A DNA stretch of 64,000 nt, from contig JAWBNO010000001.1 in NCBI GenBank assembly GCA_039000725.1, positions 258,995 through 322,994 on the forward strand. The letters are read 5' to 3'. Shown piece by piece: positions 59,923 through 64,000 of the stretch. The stretch is from Candidatus Aenigmatarchaeota archaeon (lineage in GTDB: Archaea > Aenigmatarchaeota > Aenigmatarchaeia > CG10238-14 > SpSt-28). Positions within the stretch are counted from its first letter, which is position 1; each line of letters begins with the position of its first letter. The position numbers were made by a program, and so were the translations under genes. The notes beneath the pieces are model-generated. The model did no database searches and had not been told where the DNA came from. It saw nothing but the letters and a program-made list of their open reading frames with translations.

Positions 59923-60990
59923 ATGAAAGCATACATAGTAACTACAATTATAGGAGTCTTTGGGGTGTCTGAAGATAAAAAAATATTAATTTACGTTCCC
60001 TTTAAAAGAGATGCACAAGAAGTTGCAAGAAAGTTGAAAGAGGCGGAAGTTAAAATAATAGAAGAAGAAAAAGAAGTGGAAGATAAGCTTCGAAAAAAAG
60101 GTTACAGGGATTTTGTTTACTCTACTAATAAGCAAGGTGTTAAAAATTTTGAAGAAAATAATAGTGTCGAGAATTTTATTAAAGATAACTTAATTCATAT
60201 AGCTATAGATAAGAAATTTGTTAGAGATGAGCAAGAATTTTATGAGTTTTTTAATCAAGTAAACATAGAAATGACTAAAGTTAAAATTAAACTTGGGATA
60301 AAAAAGGAAGCTATAATTATTCAGGCTGTTAGAGCAATGGAAGAGTTAGATAAAATAATTAATGTCTTTTCTGAAAGATTAAGAGAATGGTATGGATTAC
60401 ATTTTCCAGAATTAAACAGAGTAATAACATCTCATGAAAAATTTGCTAAATTGGTTGAAAAATATGGAAAAAGAGAAAATTTTGAAGAATATGAAGCTTT
60501 AGCTAAGGAAAGTATAGGAATAGAAATTAGCGAAAAAGACGAAAGGATTTTAAAAGAGTATGCAAGTTTTTTATCTAAACTTTTTACTCTTAGAGAAAAC
60601 TTGGAAAAATATGTTAAGGACTCAATGGAAGAAATAGCACCAAATTTTTCTTATCTAGCCGGCCCTTTATTAGCAGCAAAAATTTTATCTAGAGCGGGAA
60701 GTTTAGAGAAATTGGCTAAAGCACCAGCTTCTTTAATTCAATTGATTGGAGCAGAAAAAGCTTTGTTTAGATATTTACATGGAAAAGGTAAAAGTCCAAA
60801 GCACGGTTTAATATATTTGCATCCTTACATTCAGAATGCAAAGGAAGAGGATAGAGGAAAAGTTGCTAGGGTTTTGGCCAATAAGTTATCACTAGCTATT
60901 AGAGTAGATTATTATACTAAAGAAAATAGAAAAGAGCAACTTAAAAAGGATTTAGATGAAAAGATTAAGGAAGTACTAGGGAAGAAATAA
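59923..60990 (+). CDS. nop5: Box C/D RNP protein Nop5 (Nop56/58)
   Basis: ERLREWYGLHFPEL, APN, IQLIGAEKALF, PKHG. Confidence 0.95.
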   Translation: MKAYIVTTIIGVFGVSEDKKILIYVPFKRDAQEVARKLKEAEVKIIEEEKEVEDKLRKKGYRDFVYSTNKQGVKNFEENNSVENFIKDNLIHIAIDKKFVRDEQEFYEFFNQVNIEMTKVKIKLGIKKEAIIIQAVRAMEELDKIINVFSERLREWYGLHFPELNRVITSHEKFAKLVEKYGKRENFEEYEALAKESIGIEISEKDERILKEYASFLSKLFTLRENLEKYVKDSMEEIAPNFSYLAGPLLAAKILSRAGSLEKLAKAPASLIQLIGAEKALFRYLHGKGKSPKHGLIYLHPYIQNAKEEDRGKVARVLANKLSLAIRVDYYTKENRKEQLKKDLDEKIKEVLGKK

Positions 60991-60992
60991 TT

Positions 60993-61661
60993 ATGAGAGT
61001 CGAAAAAACAAATTTTGAAGGCATTTATTTGATTAATGGAAAATTGGCGACTATAAATACTATTCCAGGCTATAAGCCTTTTGATGAAGAAGTTGTTAAA
61101 ATAGACAATGTTGAATATAGAATCTGGAATCCATATACTTCTAAACCAGCGGCCGCAATTGTTAAGGGTCTTAAAGTTTTTCCTTTGAAGGAAGGAATGA
61201 AAATTCTTTATTTAGGTTTGGCTGCAGGTAAAACTGCAACTTATTTTAGCAATATTATTGGAAATAAAGGAATAATTTTTGGAATAGATATAGCAGAAAG
61301 AGTATTAAAAGATGCATTAGAAGTAGCAAAAAAGTATAAAAACATTATTCCTATTTTGGCTGATGCAAGAAAACCAGAAACTTATGAAAAACTAATAATT
61401 GGTAAAGTGGATTTTGTTTATGAGGATGTAGCTTCTGAAGACCAAATTAGTATTTTAATTAAAAATTGTGAAAAATTTTTAAAACCAAATGGATATGCCG
61501 CTATAGCAATTAAATCTCAAAGCATTAGCTCTACAGAAGATCCAGAAGTTATTTATAAAAAATGTTTAGAGGAATTGGAAAAATATTTTAAAATTTTGGA
61601 TAAAGTTCGTTTGGATCCTTACGAAAAGTATCATCTTTTTGTAGTTTTACAAAAGTTCTAA
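60993..61661 (+). CDS. flpA: Fibrillarin rRNA/tRNA 2'-O-methyltransferase
   Basis: YRIWNP..SK, ILYLG.A.G.T, NIIPILADA..P, LDPYEK.H. Confidence 0.95.
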   Translation: MRVEKTNFEGIYLINGKLATINTIPGYKPFDEEVVKIDNVEYRIWNPYTSKPAAAIVKGLKVFPLKEGMKILYLGLAAGKTATYFSNIIGNKGIIFGIDIAERVLKDALEVAKKYKNIIPILADARKPETYEKLIIGKVDFVYEDVASEDQISILIKNCEKFLKPNGYAAIAIKSQSISSTEDPEVIYKKCLEELEKYFKILDKVRLDPYEKYHLFVVLQKF

Positions 61662-61864
61662 AATTCATTATTTATATATTTTTTTAAAAGATAGTGAAAA
61701 AGAAAACCTCTTCTACTTTTAGATTTTATTCCGCTTAATTCATTATCAAATTCTATTAATTCTTTGTTTCTTAGAATATGACCTTTTTCATTAATGAATT
61801 TGTTGATAGCCTCTAAAAATAATTCTTTGTCTAAAGCTATCGTTATGTATATTTTTTCTTTCAT
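61658..61864 (-). CDS. Small hypothetical protein (possible ribbon-helix-helix-like)
   Basis: YITIALDKEL...SRRGFLFHYLLKKY; ATGA overlap with the upstream ORF. Confidence 0.5.
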   Translation of the reverse strand: MKEKIYITIALDKELFLEAINKFINEKGHILRNKELIEFDNELSGIKSKSRRGFLFHYLLKKYINNEF

Positions 61865-61986
61865 TTTTTAACACTAGCAGGCCTAATGAATCCGAAATAT
61901 TTTCCTTCATTCATTAAAGTTACGTACCACTTCATTGTATTTCTGTCTTCAATCAGAGATATTTTAATTTCTTTAATAATTTTCAT
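61861..61986 (-). CDS. Small hypothetical protein (41 aa, absent from the ORF track)
   Basis: MKIIKEIKISLIEDRNTMKWYVTLMNEGKYFGFIRPASVKK*; abuts the upstream stop and overlaps the downstream start. Confidence 0.5.
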   Translation of the reverse strand: MKIIKEIKISLIEDRNTMKWYVTLMNEGKYFGFIRPASVKK

Positions 61987-62187
61987 TTAGACACCCCAAA
62001 TGGCAAACTCATTTAACTTTTTTTGATACATGCTAGTATCTATAATTACTTCATTTTCTAAAAAACTTCCTATACCCCTAATATAGATTCTTTTATTTCC
62101 AAAACCATCAATAAATCTTGTTATTCTACTCGGCGGACACTTTATTATCTTTTTCATATAATCACCAATTACTTTTTGTAATTTCAT
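61987..62187 (-). CDS. Small hypothetical protein
   Basis: GAGGT RBS before ATG 62187 and GGTGA RBS before an alternative ATG at 62157. Confidence 0.5.
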   Translation of the reverse strand: MKLQKVIGDYMKKIIKCPPSRITRFIDGFGNKRIYIRGIGSFLENEVIIDTSMYQKKLNEFAIWGV

Positions 62188-62259
62188 ATATACCTCGCTT
62201 TCTAAAGAGAGTAGTTGTCAATATGACAATTTTATCTTTAGAAAAATAGAGAAAAAGGA

Positions 62260-62389
62260 TCCCGCCCCAGGGATTTTCGTACAGCATGTCGAACCCTGAA
62301 CCTCCCGGTTTCTGAGCGCAGGCTATTTAAGCCATGCTATTGTAGCATGACTCTACAGCCGGGCGCTCTGCCAATTGAGCTAGGGCGGG
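62260..62389 (-). tRNA. tRNA-Tyr(GTA) with two introns (43 nt at 37/38 and 14 nt at 59/60)
   Basis: C1-G72 acceptor CCCGCCC/GGGCGGG-A73; removing 62310-62352 and 62274-62287 gives a 73-nt cloverleaf with anticodon GTA and T-loop TTCGACT. Confidence 0.92.
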
Positions 62390-62431
62390 ATATAATTTTA
62401 TTTTAAGTGGTTTTTAAAAATTTTACAATTT

Positions 62432-63826
62432 TTACAAATATACTTCATTACTTTTTAGTTCTGTCTTTGTTCCTTTTTCATTTGTAAATATTAATTTTGA
62501 TTTTGGTAATTGAACGGAAACCAACTCCACAAGTGGTTGAATATAATAAAAGAATATAGCCTCTTCGTCTGGTTTAAGCTCATTAATTTTCCAAATTAGT
62601 CTTTTTTCTTTAGTTTTCTTTGCTTCTATTTCTTCAGGTTTATTTCCAACATAAGAAACAATCTTAAACATCAGAGGTACAAAATCTTCCACAAAAACCT
62701 CTTTCATAGTGGATTTGGAGTTGTTTTTAATTTTTATTGTAACTTTAATCTTGCCATTTTCTTTTTTAACAGTTTTAGAAATTGTTGGAGTATATGTTTT
62801 TCTAAAGAAGAAGAATACCATGAGAAGAATTATTATAATAACTAACCAGGTTTGCCAAATTGATATTTTGTACTCTATTATTACTGTTTCCCCAGGTTGT
62901 AAAGGTCTTATTAACCATTTGTAGTGTACATATCCAAAAGAATATTCAACTTCATCTGGTTTAGAATAGGGATAGAAGAAGTCTTTCATAAAAGTTGGTA
63001 ATGATTCTATTAAGTAAAATGGTTTGGAAACTATATTACCTTCGTTTTTAATTTCTATTCTTGTATAAGCTTCTAAAATTGAATATTTTGTTTCTTTTTT
63101 AGTATAATTGGTCGGAATCTTTTCTACAGGTTTAACTTCAAAAGAAGAGTAAGCTTCATCAACAATCTCACCACCTAAGGTATACAACCTTACTATAACT
63201 TCATATTTTCCAGCTTGTTGATATTTTTCAGCGCTAAAAGTTTCGCTGATCTTTATACTCCCAAAAGAAGGAATATAGTCTGTAATTTTTTCTTTTCTAA
63301 AAACTTCTTTATTGTTATAAAGAACCAAAAACAAAGCTTTATAATTTGGTGTTATTTCATCTTTTACATTTTCAATGTTAGTTGTAATTGTTAAACTTTC
63401 TAATGGATATATCGAATATCTAGATAATTCTATAGAAGAAATATAAACTGGGAATTTTCTAACAACCTGTAAAATTAAAGCTTTTTCTATTGTTTGATTT
63501 TCATATCTTATATTTAAATAAAATAAACTAGGTTTTACCTCTCTGGCAAACTTTTTTGCTTCTATATAGACTCTAATTTTTGCTTCTTGATTAGGCTCCA
63601 GAGTAACTATTCTAGGGTAAACATCTATTGAAACACCTTCTCTATAAAATCCAGAAATAAATATATTAAAAGTTTGGATTTTATCGTCTTTATTTATTAT
63701 CGAATATTCTATTGTTTTGGCCTCTCCAGCATAAATATTAATAAATTCGGTCCCGGATACATAAGGTTGAGATAAAGCTATACCAAGACTTATCAAAACT
63801 GATACTATTAAAAGAGTTTTCTTCAT
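62432..63826 (-). CDS. Secreted / membrane Ig-like repeat protein (S-layer-associated type)
   Basis: Signal peptide, NxG and W...L.PGE Ig-like motifs, internal TM followed by a DUF11-like domain. Confidence 0.7.
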   Translation of the reverse strand: MKKTLLIVSVLISLGIALSQPYVSGTEFINIYAGEAKTIEYSIINKDDKIQTFNIFISGFYREGVSIDVYPRIVTLEPNQEAKIRVYIEAKKFAREVKPSLFYLNIRYENQTIEKALILQVVRKFPVYISSIELSRYSIYPLESLTITTNIENVKDEITPNYKALFLVLYNNKEVFRKEKITDYIPSFGSIKISETFSAEKYQQAGKYEVIVRLYTLGGEIVDEAYSSFEVKPVEKIPTNYTKKETKYSILEAYTRIEIKNEGNIVSKPFYLIESLPTFMKDFFYPYSKPDEVEYSFGYVHYKWLIRPLQPGETVIIEYKISIWQTWLVIIIILLMVFFFFRKTYTPTISKTVKKENGKIKVTIKIKNNSKSTMKEVFVEDFVPLMFKIVSYVGNKPEEIEAKKTKEKRLIWKINELKPDEEAIFFYYIQPLVELVSVQLPKSKLIFTNEKGTKTELKSNEVYL

Positions 63827-63831
63827 TTTAT

Positions 63832-64000
63832 TTATTTCGTTTTAGCTTTAAATTCTTCAATTTTTTCTCTTATTAATCTATCTAAAGTCTTTATTTCAAA
63901 CTCAAATCTATTTCCATATTTTTCTAGATAACAAAATCTACTGTAATCTTTTTCTCTAATTTCTAACTCTTCATCAGGATAACCAACAGTAATAATTGCT
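63832..64000 (-). CDS. Nitroreductase-family protein, C-terminal fragment (5' truncated by window)
   Basis: Hand translation ...AIITVGYPDE...CYLEKYG...; the AIIxxGYP motif is typical of nitroreductases. Confidence 0.7.
   Translation of the reverse strand, partial: AIITVGYPDEELEIREKDYSRFCYLEKYGNRFEFEIKTLDRLIREKIEEFKAKTK

Noticed and set aside
62260..62389. Split or pseudo tRNA
   Set aside because: Both inserts are bounded by BHB-like motifs and their removal yields a complete 73-nt tRNA.
59863..62431. Box C/D guide RNAs near nop5/fibrillarin
   Set aside because: No convincing RUGAUGA...CUGA pair was found in the intergenic segments by eye.
569..62924. Numerous 60-150 aa antisense or nested ORFs in the track (e.g. 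569-772, 1858-2319, 15535-15876, 19351-19770, 38391-39026, 56496-56957)
   Set aside because: They are shadows of confidently identified genes on the other strand or frame, with F/S/L/I-rich composition typical of antisense AT-rich coding DNA.

Overview
AT-rich, gene-dense archaeal chromosome segment. Archaeal-type ribosomal proteins, Rpo6/Rpo10, Nop5/fibrillarin, type II GAPDH and BHB-type tRNA introns establish the domain. Reverse gyrase points to a thermophile, and the trimmed operons suggest a reduced DPANN-type genome, possibly Aenigmarchaeota (inference). The window holds the end of the spc operon, two more ribosomal clusters, four tRNAs (Arg-TCG, Ala-TGC, Pro-CGG and a Tyr-GTA with two introns), an oxidative-stress cluster with a Ptr2/LrpA-like regulator, a tyrosine recombinase, a solo Cas4-like nuclease, a minimal [NiFe]-hydrogenase module, an IscS-IscU-SufT operon with a Cys-rich regulator, a giant C25-like/lamin-tail surface protein and a glycosylation cluster. 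The most unusual feature is at about 28.2-29.9 kb: a coiled-coil/wHTH gene whose two ends are built from CpG-rich 10-bp tandem repeats (CGTATCGATT) in helical register. It lies next to the largest AT-rich non-coding stretch, which carries recurring inverted and direct repeats and a divergent Cas2/ChrB-N-like mini-gene. This may be an undescribed self-binding DNA element (origin, partition site or phase switch). All product calls come from motif recognition by eye, with no database search.
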